This document shows, piece after piece, positions 20,596-30,635 of a stretch of 64,000 bases of DNA. This DNA is from a virus. Lineage: Duplodnaviria; Caudoviricetes. Where the stretch lies: the IMG/VR virus record IMGVR_UViG_3300023218_000040, positions 96,001-160,000 of that record, one strand, 5' to 3'. The translations under genes were made by a program, and so were the position numbers. The number at the start of each line of letters is the position of its first letter. Positions within the stretch are counted from its first letter, which is position 1. The notes beneath the pieces were generated by a model. It was not told where the DNA came from. It was given only the letters and a program-made list of their open reading frames with translations, and did not search any database.

Positions 20596-21546
20596 ATGGC
20601 GTACGTATTAGACGGTCTCATCGAGGCGATTGACTATAACACATTCAGTGACGATACTGATTTCACCTATGGTGTTGGTAACGGAGATTCTGGTTACGGA
20701 CAGACCGATTTTCCATTAATCAACGTTCCTGTAGGCAAGTTGGTTGAAGCCCAGGAATGGGAAGATTTGGTCAATGCTATCTCTACCTGCGCCGTTCACC
20801 AGGGCACTATCACCACACCCAATCCATTTACTGGTCTACTTCCGGAAGTTGCTGCGGGTGAGGTTGTTGAAGCCCACGAGTCTGATCCTCCAACTAGTGA
20901 CCCTGTTGATTTGGATAGCACAATTGCTCTCATTCAGACCAATCGCTTGAACTTTGATACTGGATCGGTAACGGTATTCACAGATCAACTTGTTAGCATT
21001 CGTGCTGCTGCATGGTCAAGTTCCATTCAACATCGTTTCACTGTCACTTTCGCAAACGCTGATCAAGCCCGTTATTACTTTAATTCTGGTGGTCAGGTTC
21101 GTATTCGTGGTTCTCGTAGCGGTGGTGCAGCCACCCCGCAGAATACAAGTTGGACCACACTGCTATCCAGCATGGGAACAGTCATCATGGGCGTACATGG
21201 TACGACCAGCACCGGTTCCGCAGACTTCATTGCATCCGGTGTCGGATACTTTGAGTTGACGACTGGCTTTCAGACCATCTTCAGTCTTGCCAGCACTGGC
21301 GCATATGCTGCCAACATGGTGACCATCGAGGCTCGCACTATGGACCCAACTCCGGTTGGAGCCAATAATGACAACGGTCGTCGTTTGGAGTTCCGTGTGA
21401 CTTACACTGATGCACATACCAACTCATTCTTTGATAGCGTGTCTGGAACTATTACGTCAAACGTAGACCTACAGCGAGCAACTTTCCCGTTGACAATTGC
21501 TGCTCCATCATTAGCAACTGTTGTTCCTCTGACCTCTGGCGGATAA
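20596..21546 (+). CDS. Virion structural protein
   Basis: YG.GNGDSGYGQ, W..L.N, F...D.ARY.FNSGG.VR and W..LL..MG motifs as recalled from RaK2-like structural proteins; RBS-like AAGAGG upstream. Confidence 0.65.
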   Translation: MAYVLDGLIEAIDYNTFSDDTDFTYGVGNGDSGYGQTDFPLINVPVGKLVEAQEWEDLVNAISTCAVHQGTITTPNPFTGLLPEVAAGEVVEAHESDPPTSDPVDLDSTIALIQTNRLNFDTGSVTVFTDQLVSIRAAAWSSSIQHRFTVTFANADQARYYFNSGGQVRIRGSRSGGAATPQNTSWTTLLSSMGTVIMGVHGTTSTGSADFIASGVGYFELTTGFQTIFSLASTGAYAANMVTIEARTMDPTPVGANNDNGRRLEFRVTYTDAHTNSFFDSVSGTITSNVDLQRATFPLTIAAPSLATVVPLTSGG

Positions 21547-21605
21547 GGTTGAAACTCCACTAGTTTTGGAATATATTCTGGATGCTTTATACCTCCGGAA
21601 TAGCC

Positions 21606-21953
21606 ATGGACGAACTCAGAGAATTGCTTCGGGCTACTGATAAGCGAATGGCTTATCACAATCAGTTGGAATTTCTCAAGGAAGAATTCCGTCAGCGCTC
21701 TATCTTTAGTTTCAATGGACACCAGTTCGTTGCTGATCTCCCTCTTGTCTGGCTAGCTGAACGTTCGATTGAGTCCGGACAACTCATAGCTCTTGATCAA
21801 AACCAAGACCCCGTGATGATTCTGGACGATGACATTGACAACTTTCTTGACGAAGTTCAAGGCACCTACTATGAGGCCATGAACTCTTACTATGAAAAGT
21901 ATACCAAGCTCAGGAATGCTAAGAGCCTGGAGGAAATAGTAGGTGTGTTTTGA
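21606..21953 (+). CDS. Conserved hypothetical phage protein
   Basis: MDELRELL... helical protein with FNGHQF and YYEAMN.Y; ATG 21606 preferred; coupled to the next gene by TGATG. Confidence 0.6.
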   Translation: MDELRELLRATDKRMAYHNQLEFLKEEFRQRSIFSFNGHQFVADLPLVWLAERSIESGQLIALDQNQDPVMILDDDIDNFLDEVQGTYYEAMNSYYEKYTKLRNAKSLEEIVGVF

Positions 21954-22792
21954 TGAACAGGGGAATCCTTCTGTGTGCTCATGATAGCGATGTGTTCTGG
22001 TATGGGCGTATGGCGTATTCCTGTTCGCTCATGATACGAGAGCACATGGGAGATTACAACATCGCTTTGGTTACAGACCCGGAAACCTGGGAACGTCTAC
22101 TCGAAGCGTATCCCCGCTCGAAACAATTGATGCGACCGGTTCTGATCGAACGCCCCAACGATGGTAATCGCAGACCATTCACAATGGCTGGTGTCTATCA
22201 TAACTCTACTCGCTCTGCTTCGTACTCTTTGTCTCCATTCGATGAGACCTTAGTCATTGATGCTGATATGCTGATATTGGATGACAGATTGAACTTGGTT
22301 TGGGGATCTAATAACGATTTCATGATGAACACTCAGATCGGTAGAATGGTTTTTCCGCATTCTACTGAAATGATAGAAAGGCGATTCAAAGAGACTGGAG
22401 TACCTTTGTATTGGGCTACCGTGTTTTACTTTCGAAAGACTCCCGCTGTTCAGGATTTCTTTCAAGTAGTCAACTACGTGAAAATCAATTACAACTACTT
22501 TGGATTGCTCCACGGGTATAATACTGCAATGTATAGAAATGACTATGCCTTCTCAGTGGCAGCGCACTTCATGGGCGGGCGCACGGAGGGAGGATTTGTT
22601 AAGCCCTTACCTATCCCGTATTTGACATTCGCATGGGACAGGGACAAGATGATTCACATCGAGCGTGGTAGGGCCGTGTTTAAGGTGGATGGGTCTACTG
22701 TTCCGGTAACATCTATTGAGAGCAACGTGCACTTCATGAACAAGTACAGCTATGAAGAGTTTGCTGAAAGGATCATCGAAGCGTATGCGTAA
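21953..22792 (+). CDS. GT-A fold glycosyltransferase-like protein (GT8-like)
   Basis: YSLSPFDETLVIDADML (DxD), YWATVFYFRKT and YRNDYAFSVA motifs. Confidence 0.7.
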   Translation: MNRGILLCAHDSDVFWYGRMAYSCSLMIREHMGDYNIALVTDPETWERLLEAYPRSKQLMRPVLIERPNDGNRRPFTMAGVYHNSTRSASYSLSPFDETLVIDADMLILDDRLNLVWGSNNDFMMNTQIGRMVFPHSTEMIERRFKETGVPLYWATVFYFRKTPAVQDFFQVVNYVKINYNYFGLLHGYNTAMYRNDYAFSVAAHFMGGRTEGGFVKPLPIPYLTFAWDRDKMIHIERGRAVFKVDGSTVPVTSIESNVHFMNKYSYEEFAERIIEAYA

Positions 22793-23708
22793 ATTCAAGA
22801 GACAGCGTGGATACATCACTATCGTTCAACAAAGTGAAGGCATCGACTATCTCAGGATGGCTTATGCCTTGGCTCTTAGTTTGCGTGCCACACAATCTTC
22901 GGTGTCTCACCTTGCCGTGGCGGTACTGCCCGGAACAAAGGTACCAAAGAAGTACGCAAATGTATTCGATGAGGTTGTAGAGATTCCCTGGGGAGATGAT
23001 GCCGCTCGTGAGAAGTGGAAGATACAAAACAAGTGGAAAGTCTATCACATCACTCCATATGAAGAGACTGTCTTGTTAGATTGCGACATGTTGTTTCCTA
23101 TGGATGTGAGTCACTGGTGGAACGTGATGGCGCATAGAAAGATGTGGACTACTACAACCCCAAGAGATTTCCGTGGTAACCCGATCTTGAACTCCAAGTA
23201 TCGGGCGGTGTTTGAGAAGAATCAACTACCAAACGTGTATTCTGCATTCATGTACTTTAAGCAAGATGAGGAAGTTCACGAGGTATTCGATTACGCAAGG
23301 CGTCAGGTATACTTTTGGTCAGAGATGAGGGATTACTATCAGTATAGGCAGCTATCGGATGAAGACATTATTGCCTATTCTAAAAACCCTCGGTTTCGAT
23401 ATCATTGGAATCATCACTACAAGACTATTCCCCATAAGGTCAGTGGTGATCTCATGTTTGCGTATGCAATGAAAGCATTGGGAAGAGAAGAATGGGCACC
23501 ATCGGTTAGTCTGCCTACCTTCACACATATGAAGGCTGGGGACCAAAAGGTCAACTCTGACGACGATTGGAAGGCTGTTTTGTCATTGACAATGAAGAGG
23601 GATTTGACTCTTGTGATAGACAATTACGTACAGCGGTATCCGGTTCATTACCACTTGAAGGATTTCTTGAATGACGGAATCATTATCCGAAAGCTCGAAG
23701 AAGCTTGA
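22785..23708 (+). CDS. GT-A fold glycosyltransferase-like protein, paralog of the upstream gene
   Basis: VYHITPYEETVLLDCDMLF (DxD), NVYSAFMYFK and FTHMK. ATG 22785 overlaps the upstream stop. Confidence 0.7.
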   Translation: MRKFKRQRGYITIVQQSEGIDYLRMAYALALSLRATQSSVSHLAVAVLPGTKVPKKYANVFDEVVEIPWGDDAAREKWKIQNKWKVYHITPYEETVLLDCDMLFPMDVSHWWNVMAHRKMWTTTTPRDFRGNPILNSKYRAVFEKNQLPNVYSAFMYFKQDEEVHEVFDYARRQVYFWSEMRDYYQYRQLSDEDIIAYSKNPRFRYHWNHHYKTIPHKVSGDLMFAYAMKALGREEWAPSVSLPTFTHMKAGDQKVNSDDDWKAVLSLTMKRDLTLVIDNYVQRYPVHYHLKDFLNDGIIIRKLEEA

Positions 23709-24234
23709 GGACTACTACCTCTACTACGAGGTACCAGAGAATTCTCGCACTGGAGCAATCAGGGCTATCAGTCCGCATAAGCTAAATGATTGGGAGAATA
23801 TGTCGTTTTTGAAAATCCCCGCCACGTTGGGTGCAAACCTCGTGAGTGGCAAGGAATCACTATTCAATTGGTCGGTAGTTTTCAATGAGCGAACACTGAA
23901 GATGGTGCTGGTGGAAACCAAACAGGCTCTTCCAAAAGCATGTCCGGTAAACAGCATACCACAAGATCAGGAAGATGCGGAAATCATTGTAAGCTGGGAT
24001 GGGACAAACTTCAAGGTGACTGCTCCCAAAGTTGAGTATGCTCTTGACGGTGTGAATCTAGACTTTTTTGTCACCGATGAAGATGAGCCTTATATTCTAC
24101 ATCAGCACTTTGGATGTCAGTTGATAGATGCGATAGATGGAAATGTGACAGTAGCGGGCATTAATGTTCCAGATGAATTCAGCGTATACACACGATGGTT
24201 GTACGAACGATATCAGTTGGTGATTGAAAGATGA
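23671..24234 (+). CDS. Hypothetical protein
   Basis: 187-aa ORF coupled at both ends inside the operon. Confidence 0.6.
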   Translation: MTESLSESSKKLEDYYLYYEVPENSRTGAIRAISPHKLNDWENMSFLKIPATLGANLVSGKESLFNWSVVFNERTLKMVLVETKQALPKACPVNSIPQDQEDAEIIVSWDGTNFKVTAPKVEYALDGVNLDFFVTDEDEPYILHQHFGCQLIDAIDGNVTVAGINVPDEFSVYTRWLYERYQLVIER

Positions 24235-25118
24235 AGATTAAGATTGAAGACACCGATGTAGTGTTCTTGTCCTACGACGAGCCGAAAGCAGATGAGTTCT
24301 TTGCTGATTTGAGAAGAAAGTGCCCATGGGCCAAGCGTGTTCACGGAGTCAAAGGATTCGACAAGGCGCACAAGGAATGCGCTCTGGCATCTGAGACAGA
24401 CCGGTTCATCACCGTAGATGGAGACAACATTGTGAATGAGGACTTCTTTTCCAAGGAGTTCGAGGTTCCGGACTCCCAGCAAGATTGTGTGTTTTCCTGG
24501 GCTGGCTTGAACATGATCAACGGGTTGATGTATGGAAACGGCGGTCTGAAATGTTGGCCCACAGCATTCGTCAAGAATATGAGAAGCCATGAGAATGCTG
24601 ACGATGGCGAGGGTTCGGTTGACTTTTGCTGGGATGAGCGGTACGTTCAGATGGAAGAGTCGTATTCTCAGACCTATCCGAATGGTAGTCCATTCCAGGC
24701 GTTTCGTGCTGGGTTCAGGGAAGGCGTCAAGATGACTTTGGACCGTGGAAGCCGAGTGAACCTGGATGAGATAGAGCTAGGCAGGCTTTGGCATGGTAAT
24801 ATCAAGAGGCTGGAAATCTGGTGCTCGGTTGGAGCCGATGTTGAGAATGGATTGTGGAGCATCTATGGAACCAGGGCTGGAGTATACTGGACCAATTTAC
24901 GTGATTGGGACCATAATCTGATTGCAGACTACGATTGGTTTCAGATGTTCTGGGAAATAGAGATTGAACCAAAGGGCGAAAGCCTCCAGGAAGAAACAAA
25001 GAAACTTGGTGATCGCCTTCGAGTTACTATGGGTTTGCAGATAGCCGAACTGGATGCCGACGCATCCCGGTTCTTCAAACACGTATACGTAGCACCAAGT
25101 AGAACAGGATATTCTTAA
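24231..25118 (+). CDS. Glycosyltransferase-like protein (phage GT-A-like family)
   Basis: VVFLSYDEP..DE, KRVHGVKGFDKAHK, FITVDGDN (DxD), NGLMYGNGGLKCW and AFRAGFREGVKM. Confidence 0.65.
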   Translation: MKIKIEDTDVVFLSYDEPKADEFFADLRRKCPWAKRVHGVKGFDKAHKECALASETDRFITVDGDNIVNEDFFSKEFEVPDSQQDCVFSWAGLNMINGLMYGNGGLKCWPTAFVKNMRSHENADDGEGSVDFCWDERYVQMEESYSQTYPNGSPFQAFRAGFREGVKMTLDRGSRVNLDEIELGRLWHGNIKRLEIWCSVGADVENGLWSIYGTRAGVYWTNLRDWDHNLIADYDWFQMFWEIEIEPKGESLQEETKKLGDRLRVTMGLQIAELDADASRFFKHVYVAPSRTGYS

Positions 25119-26488
25119 TGCCGAGGAAACGTGGAGAAAAGCCGGAACAATACAAGGAGAGGATGATTGATCCAATCTCCTCGTCGTTCTGTGCGGCCAA
25201 ATGGCTGATGGCCACGATCAACCTGGGAGCAGGAAAGAGCCGTTCCTGTCATCACCCATCCGAGCATTCTATCCCCGTTGAAGAGGTTCAGCTCTCTCCA
25301 TCCGCTATTCATAACACGGAATTTAAGAAGCGTCAGCGAAGGCTAATGCTACAAGGTGAACGACCGATTGAGTGCAGTTATTGCTGGCGTATCGAGGATA
25401 TGGAGGAAAAGGGAACTGTAGCTGATAGAGTATTCTACACCTGTTCGTTCCAAGACCGTGATGTGATGAAAGCGACACGTATGTCCTGGAATGAAAACGT
25501 CATACCTAAAAACCTGGAAATCTCATTCGACCGCATTTGCAACTTCGCTTGTTCGTACTGTAGTTCGAACTACTCTACAACCTGGGCAAAGGATATCAAG
25601 ACGGCAGGTCCGTATCGAATTCATCCGGACAATCCAGCATCGAACTACTTCTCTAGAGATGGTTCGGATCATGAACCATACGGAAAGTACAATGATGGCA
25701 ATCCGTTTGTGCAAGCGTTTTGGGATTGGTGGCCAGAGCTTCGTGAGCATCTTGAGATCCTTCGGGTAACCGGTGGAGAGCCATTGATGAGCCCGCATTT
25801 CTGGAAGCTGACAGACCTGATCGAAAGGGAGGGTGTTAATCCGAACATGCAATTTGCTGTGAATTCAAACTTTGGTGGTAAGTTTGATCTCATTCAGCGG
25901 ATCACCGAGTTCAGCACCAAGATTCCCAAGTTCTCGTTGTACACATCGTGCGAAGCACACGGTAAGCAAGCCGAATATCTACGTGATGGACTGGACTATA
26001 ACTATTGGAAGGACAACGTTTGGTACTTTATCCGAAACGGTAAGTCCGAGTTCGTCACGTTGATGATGACGGTGAATGCCCTCTGCTTATGGTCAATCAC
26101 CGACCTGTATGACGATTTGCTTGAGATGAAAGCAGAGTATGACAACAATCATCCGCTGATTTCTTCCAACATGCTGCGATATCCTACGTTCATGTCTCCG
26201 CTGGTGCTTCCTGCTTACCTGAGAGAAGAGCGGGCTGATCACATCGAGTCTTGGTTGGACAGGAATGAGCGTGCTTCTGGAGTAACCGACTTCGACCGAT
26301 ACGGCATTCGTAAGCTGATTGCATATTTGAGAAAGGGGCAAGCCGAAAGCCAAAACCAGGAGTCAGATGAGTATTCTTTCTATCACTTTTATAAACAGTA
26401 TGATCAACGACGAGGCAAGAGCTTTCGTGACACTTTCCCAGATCCATTGATTGCTTGGTATGATGAGCTAGGGGAGAAGTATGAATGA
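25118..26488 (+). CDS. Radical SAM enzyme with N-terminal twitch/SPASM-like Fe-S domain
   Basis: CNFACSYC and VTGGEPL. N-terminal FCAAKW...SCHH...CSYCW Cys cluster. Confidence 0.85.
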   Translation: MPRKRGEKPEQYKERMIDPISSSFCAAKWLMATINLGAGKSRSCHHPSEHSIPVEEVQLSPSAIHNTEFKKRQRRLMLQGERPIECSYCWRIEDMEEKGTVADRVFYTCSFQDRDVMKATRMSWNENVIPKNLEISFDRICNFACSYCSSNYSTTWAKDIKTAGPYRIHPDNPASNYFSRDGSDHEPYGKYNDGNPFVQAFWDWWPELREHLEILRVTGGEPLMSPHFWKLTDLIEREGVNPNMQFAVNSNFGGKFDLIQRITEFSTKIPKFSLYTSCEAHGKQAEYLRDGLDYNYWKDNVWYFIRNGKSEFVTLMMTVNALCLWSITDLYDDLLEMKAEYDNNHPLISSNMLRYPTFMSPLVLPAYLREERADHIESWLDRNERASGVTDFDRYGIRKLIAYLRKGQAESQNQESDEYSFYHFYKQYDQRRGKSFRDTFPDPLIAWYDELGEKYE

Positions 26489-27282
26489 AGCACCTGTATG
26501 CTAATGGAGACTCAAGCACACACGGTGATGAGCTAGGAGTCATTGATGAAAATGGCACATACGACAAAGAATACCGTAACACGCACTGCTATGTTGGTCA
26601 GCTAGCAAAGTTGTACAATCTGGATGAATACTTCAACGATAGTGTGGGTGGTGGATCGAACGACCGCATCTACCGACGTACTTTGAAGTTTGTATCCGAA
26701 TGGATTGCTAGTGGGAGAAGCCCAGAAGATTTGTTTGTTGTCATTGGTTGGTCCAACGCCAGTAGAACCGAGTTCTACTATGAACCTCGGCTTGAAGAAG
26801 GTGACGAGTTCAACAAGACTGAAATGAGCAAGTATCCAGAAGAGGAGAGAAGGTACTATCCTATCTATGTTGGTATTCACAAGAGCAAGCTGTGGAACTT
26901 ACACGAAGATGATGTCTTGAAGGACTTTGCTGTCGCTTATAATCGTTGGTTTTCTTCCTTGCCAGCATCAATGACCAGAACCCTCAGCCACATCGTCGGT
27001 CTACAGGGAATATTGAAGTCATTTAGAATACCGTACGTGTTTACTAACGCTGGATGGATTCTGGAGATAGAGAAAACACAGAGCCAAGCATTGGCGTCCA
27101 TGGTAGACGAGAAGCGGTTCATTGGTATGTATGACCGTATGGAGACCTTCAGCGGATGGACATGGAAGAGCGGATTTCAAGGAAGGATGCCGATGGGGCA
27201 TCCCGATGAGAAAGCTCATGCAGCTTGGGCGAGGCGTTTGAAGTCTTACATAGAAGAACACAATCTAAGAGAAGCACCATGA
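26485..27282 (+). CDS. SGNH/GDSL-like hydrolase or acyltransferase
   Basis: LYANGDSSTHG (block I), GGSNDRI, VIGWS and C-terminal GHPDEKAH. Confidence 0.7.
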   Translation: MKHLYANGDSSTHGDELGVIDENGTYDKEYRNTHCYVGQLAKLYNLDEYFNDSVGGGSNDRIYRRTLKFVSEWIASGRSPEDLFVVIGWSNASRTEFYYEPRLEEGDEFNKTEMSKYPEEERRYYPIYVGIHKSKLWNLHEDDVLKDFAVAYNRWFSSLPASMTRTLSHIVGLQGILKSFRIPYVFTNAGWILEIEKTQSQALASMVDEKRFIGMYDRMETFSGWTWKSGFQGRMPMGHPDEKAHAAWARRLKSYIEEHNLREAP

Positions 27283-27386
27283 AGAAGTTTTTCAAGAAGC
27301 TATTCCGACCCATCACACATTGGTGGAAAATGCGTAAGATGAGGAAAGCCATAGAGCGGGGTGAAGACCCATTCATTTATGACTGA
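27279..27386 (+). CDS. 35-aa basic micro-protein MKKFFKKLFRPITHWWKMRKMRKAIERGEDPFIYD (missed by the ORF track)
   Basis: ATGA overlap with the upstream stop (27279-27282) and an 8-nt overlap with the downstream ATG 27379. It exactly fills the operon gap. Confidence 0.7.
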   Translation: MKKFFKKLFRPITHWWKMRKMRKAIERGEDPFIYD

Positions 27387-28080
27387 TATCATCTACACCA
27401 ACGGCGACTCCTTCACGCATGGCGTCGGCCTTAAGGACCACTCACGTTCGTACACACAACTCATGGCGACGGAACGTAATTGTGCTCTTTTCAACGATGC
27501 TTATCCCGGATCATCACACGACCGTATCCTAAGAACGACGATGAAGTTCGTAGGCAATACTCTCAATCGTAATATTTTTGTAATCATCGGTTGGGGATTT
27601 GCTCGACGTATGGAATTCTATTATGACCCGAATGTGGATGCAGAGGAAGATGAACTAAAGTACATCCGGTATTCTTCTGATCCGATAGATGAGCGAACAA
27701 AACACCGTTACCCTGATGAAACTTGCAGGGATTTTATCCTCCAGTATCATGAAGGTTTCACCAATCGGAATGCGGCTGGTACCAGGGCACTGACACGCAT
27801 CATCGCTCTACAGTCGTTTCTTGAAACGATGGAGATCCCATACCTATTCTTCAATTCTGCATGGATCATCCCTGGTGCTGATAGTGCATTAACTAATATG
27901 GTTAACATCAGGCGTTATTATGGTTTCCAGAATCCGGAACAGACGTTTCATAAGTGGACCTGGAATGCTGGGGCCAAGGACAGAACGGAGTTAGGGCATC
28001 CGGACGAGCAGGCGCACCAGATTTGGTTTAAGAATTTGAAGCACTACATTACACAGAAAGATCTGTGGGAAATGCACTGA
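27379..28080 (+). CDS. SGNH/GDSL-like hydrolase or acyltransferase, paralog of 26485
   Basis: IYTNGDSFTHG, GSSHDRILRTT, IIGWG and GHPDEQAH. ATG 27379 preferred. Confidence 0.7.
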   Translation: MTDIIYTNGDSFTHGVGLKDHSRSYTQLMATERNCALFNDAYPGSSHDRILRTTMKFVGNTLNRNIFVIIGWGFARRMEFYYDPNVDAEEDELKYIRYSSDPIDERTKHRYPDETCRDFILQYHEGFTNRNAAGTRALTRIIALQSFLETMEIPYLFFNSAWIIPGADSALTNMVNIRRYYGFQNPEQTFHKWTWNAGAKDRTELGHPDEQAHQIWFKNLKHYITQKDLWEMH

Positions 28081-29531
28081 TGGCAATCTTCGGTGTTAGC
28101 TGTGGCTTTCATGATGCTGCTGTTTCGGTAGTAAGTGGCAAGAAGATTTTGTTTGCTGGGCATTCAGAGAGATACAGCAAAAACAAGAACGACAAACATT
28201 TATGCGATGGTTTGATTCGTGAAGCACTAGAATGGGGCGATGTCGATACTTTAGTGTACTACGAGAAGCCATTCTGGAAGAAATTAAGAAAATGGTACGC
28301 TGGCCAGAAAAACGACTTCGATTACAAGTCGCATTTGAGACAATTCTTCGGAAATGTCCCAATTGAGACAGTTAGCCATCATGAGTCGCATGCTGCTGCT
28401 GGGTTCTATACCAGCGGGTTTAACGAGGCAGCCATCATCGTGGCTGACGCAATTGGTGAATGGGATACCCTGAGCGTCTGGGTTGGCTCAGGAGCGTCCC
28501 TGGAAAAGATATGGTCCACCCGCTACCCTGACAGTCTCGGACTGCTTTACAGCGCTTTCACGCAGCGCTGTGGATTCAAACCAAATGAGGAGGAGTACAT
28601 CCTTATGGGTGCCTCGGCGTTTGGCAGGCCGAGCTTAACTGAAGAGATACGTGATGAATTCATAGAGATCGGGGATGCTCATGAATTTTTGCTAAAGAAA
28701 AATGTCCACATGGGAATCGACGATTGGATGCCTAGAGCTTCAATCGAAGATCTAGCAGCAAGTATACAGAGAGTTCTTGAGGAATATTTGGTTGATTTGT
28801 TCGAATGGGTTGCAAGAGAGACTGGAAAAAGATATATTGTGTTCATGGGTGGAGTAGCCCTTAACTGTGTAGCCAATGCCAAACTTGCCGCAAGACGCAT
28901 TTTCGAAGATATCTGGATCATGCCCAATCCGGGTGATGCGGGTTCTGCCTTGGGTGCAGCACTCGCTTATAAGCGGGAACAAGTCCAGTGGACTGGTCCG
29001 TATTTGGGAACAGACATCGAGCGGGAAGTGGATATTGACGAAGCGATTCGTTCTCTCGAACGAGAGTATGTCATCGCCGTGGCTAATGGGCGTGCTGAGT
29101 ACGGGCCTCGTGCTCTCGGTAACCGTTCCATTCTCGCAGATCCAAGGTATCGCAACACTAAGAGCCGAGTGAACGATATCAAGAAGAGGCAACAGTTTAG
29201 GCCATTTGCTGCTAGTGTATTGGAGGAGAAGGCTGCTGATCACTTCGTGATGCCTCAGCATGTTGAAAAGTCTCCGTACATGCAATACACTTGGAGAGTG
29301 AAATACCCGAGATATGTACCAGCTATATGTCACGTGAATAGTACATCCAGGATTCAAACAGTCAACAAACAACAGAATTCGGTTTTTTACGCTTTGCTAA
29401 AACGATGGTACGAAAAAACTGAATGCCCGATGCTATTAAACACCAGCCTGAATATCAGAGGAATGCCGCTGGTAAACACTTGGGAAGATGCGAATAATTT
29501 CAGATGGGTTCACGATATTCCCATCTACTAA
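28080..29531 (+). CDS. O-carbamoyltransferase, NodU/CmcH/TobZ family
   Basis: HDAAVS, ERYSKNKND, HHESHAAAGF, SLGLLYS, EYILMG, GGVALNCVAN, PNPGDAGSALG, GRAEYGPRALGNRSILADPR, FRPFA and LLNTSLN. Confidence 0.93.
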   Translation: MAIFGVSCGFHDAAVSVVSGKKILFAGHSERYSKNKNDKHLCDGLIREALEWGDVDTLVYYEKPFWKKLRKWYAGQKNDFDYKSHLRQFFGNVPIETVSHHESHAAAGFYTSGFNEAAIIVADAIGEWDTLSVWVGSGASLEKIWSTRYPDSLGLLYSAFTQRCGFKPNEEEYILMGASAFGRPSLTEEIRDEFIEIGDAHEFLLKKNVHMGIDDWMPRASIEDLAASIQRVLEEYLVDLFEWVARETGKRYIVFMGGVALNCVANAKLAARRIFEDIWIMPNPGDAGSALGAALAYKREQVQWTGPYLGTDIEREVDIDEAIRSLEREYVIAVANGRAEYGPRALGNRSILADPRYRNTKSRVNDIKKRQQFRPFAASVLEEKAADHFVMPQHVEKSPYMQYTWRVKYPRYVPAICHVNSTSRIQTVNKQQNSVFYALLKRWYEKTECPMLLNTSLNIRGMPLVNTWEDANNFRWVHDIPIY

Positions 29532-29543
29532 CAGGAGAGGCAC

Positions 29544-30635
29544 ATGCCACACGGTAGATCATACGCAAGCTCACTTTCTAACGAAGTACGTCCAATAGAT
29601 GATTCGGAGGTAGAGTCTATGACCATAGGTCGTGATGCTCATGATGAGGATACAGTGACCGAGAGTATTCAGAAAGCACAGCGCCACTGGTCTTCTACAC
29701 CAGATGGAGCAGTGTTCTGGGGAACGTCCAACATTGTGGATGATCTTCCTCCTGGCCTTTACAAGTGCGCCCATCGTGATGACATCGGTGCGTGCCTTTC
29801 CAAGCTGATCATCGAGACTGACGATCTCATTGTTCTGCCAGACATGGTGTGCAATGAAGTCATTGACCAAATCAAAACGTTTTGGTCCAAATCCGTCCGG
29901 GATGCCATGGTATTACGTGGATTTCTCCACAAGCGTGGAATTCTGATGTATGGAGAGCCGGGTTCCGGTAAGACGTGCACCATCCAGGTTCTCGTTCAGA
30001 TGCTCATCAAGAACGGAGGCATCGCCATCTACGCAGAAGATCCATCCCTGTTGTCTGCATGCCTTCAGATGATTCGCCGTATCGAACCAAAGCGTCCGAT
30101 GATCGTGGTACTGGAGGACTTCGACACCTTGACCGACCGTGATCGTCGTGAAAACACGTGGCTGTCAGTGCTGGATGGCGAGGCCCAGATCGAGAACGTC
30201 GTATTCTTGGCTACCACTAACTATATCGATCAGCTTGATAAGCGATTCGTTGACCGTCCGTCCCGCTTCGACCTGATTGTTCCGGTGCCAATGCCAACTG
30301 CCAAGGCTCGTGCAGCGTACCTGTACAAGAAGGAGCCAAGCCTGTCCAGGGATGAGTTGTACGAATGGACAATGGCCTCGGAGGGTTTCTCCATCGCTCA
30401 CCTGAAAGAACTTATATTGTCAGTTAAGTGCTACGGCAAGAGCCTGGAGGATACGGTAGATCGCCTTCGCAGCCAGAAGAAGCGTGAATACAGACAAGAT
30501 GATTTGGAACGCCAAGCCAAGGGCTCGAAGGGCATCGGCTTCACTGGAGAAGGAATTGATATCGAGTCGTTCGATAACCGTGAATACTTTGATCAGTTTG
30601 TGACCGACCTGAAGGATCACGTGTGGAATGTATGA
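29544..30635 (+). CDS. AAA+ ATPase (classical clade, single AAA domain)
   Basis: Walker A GEPGSGKT, Walker B VVLEDFD and SRH TTNYIDQLDKRFVDRPSRFD. Confidence 0.85.
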   Translation: MPHGRSYASSLSNEVRPIDDSEVESMTIGRDAHDEDTVTESIQKAQRHWSSTPDGAVFWGTSNIVDDLPPGLYKCAHRDDIGACLSKLIIETDDLIVLPDMVCNEVIDQIKTFWSKSVRDAMVLRGFLHKRGILMYGEPGSGKTCTIQVLVQMLIKNGGIAIYAEDPSLLSACLQMIRRIEPKRPMIVVLEDFDTLTDRDRRENTWLSVLDGEAQIENVVFLATTNYIDQLDKRFVDRPSRFDLIVPVPMPTAKARAAYLYKKEPSLSRDELYEWTMASEGFSIAHLKELILSVKCYGKSLEDTVDRLRSQKKREYRQDDLERQAKGSKGIGFTGEGIDIESFDNREYFDQFVTDLKDHVWNV

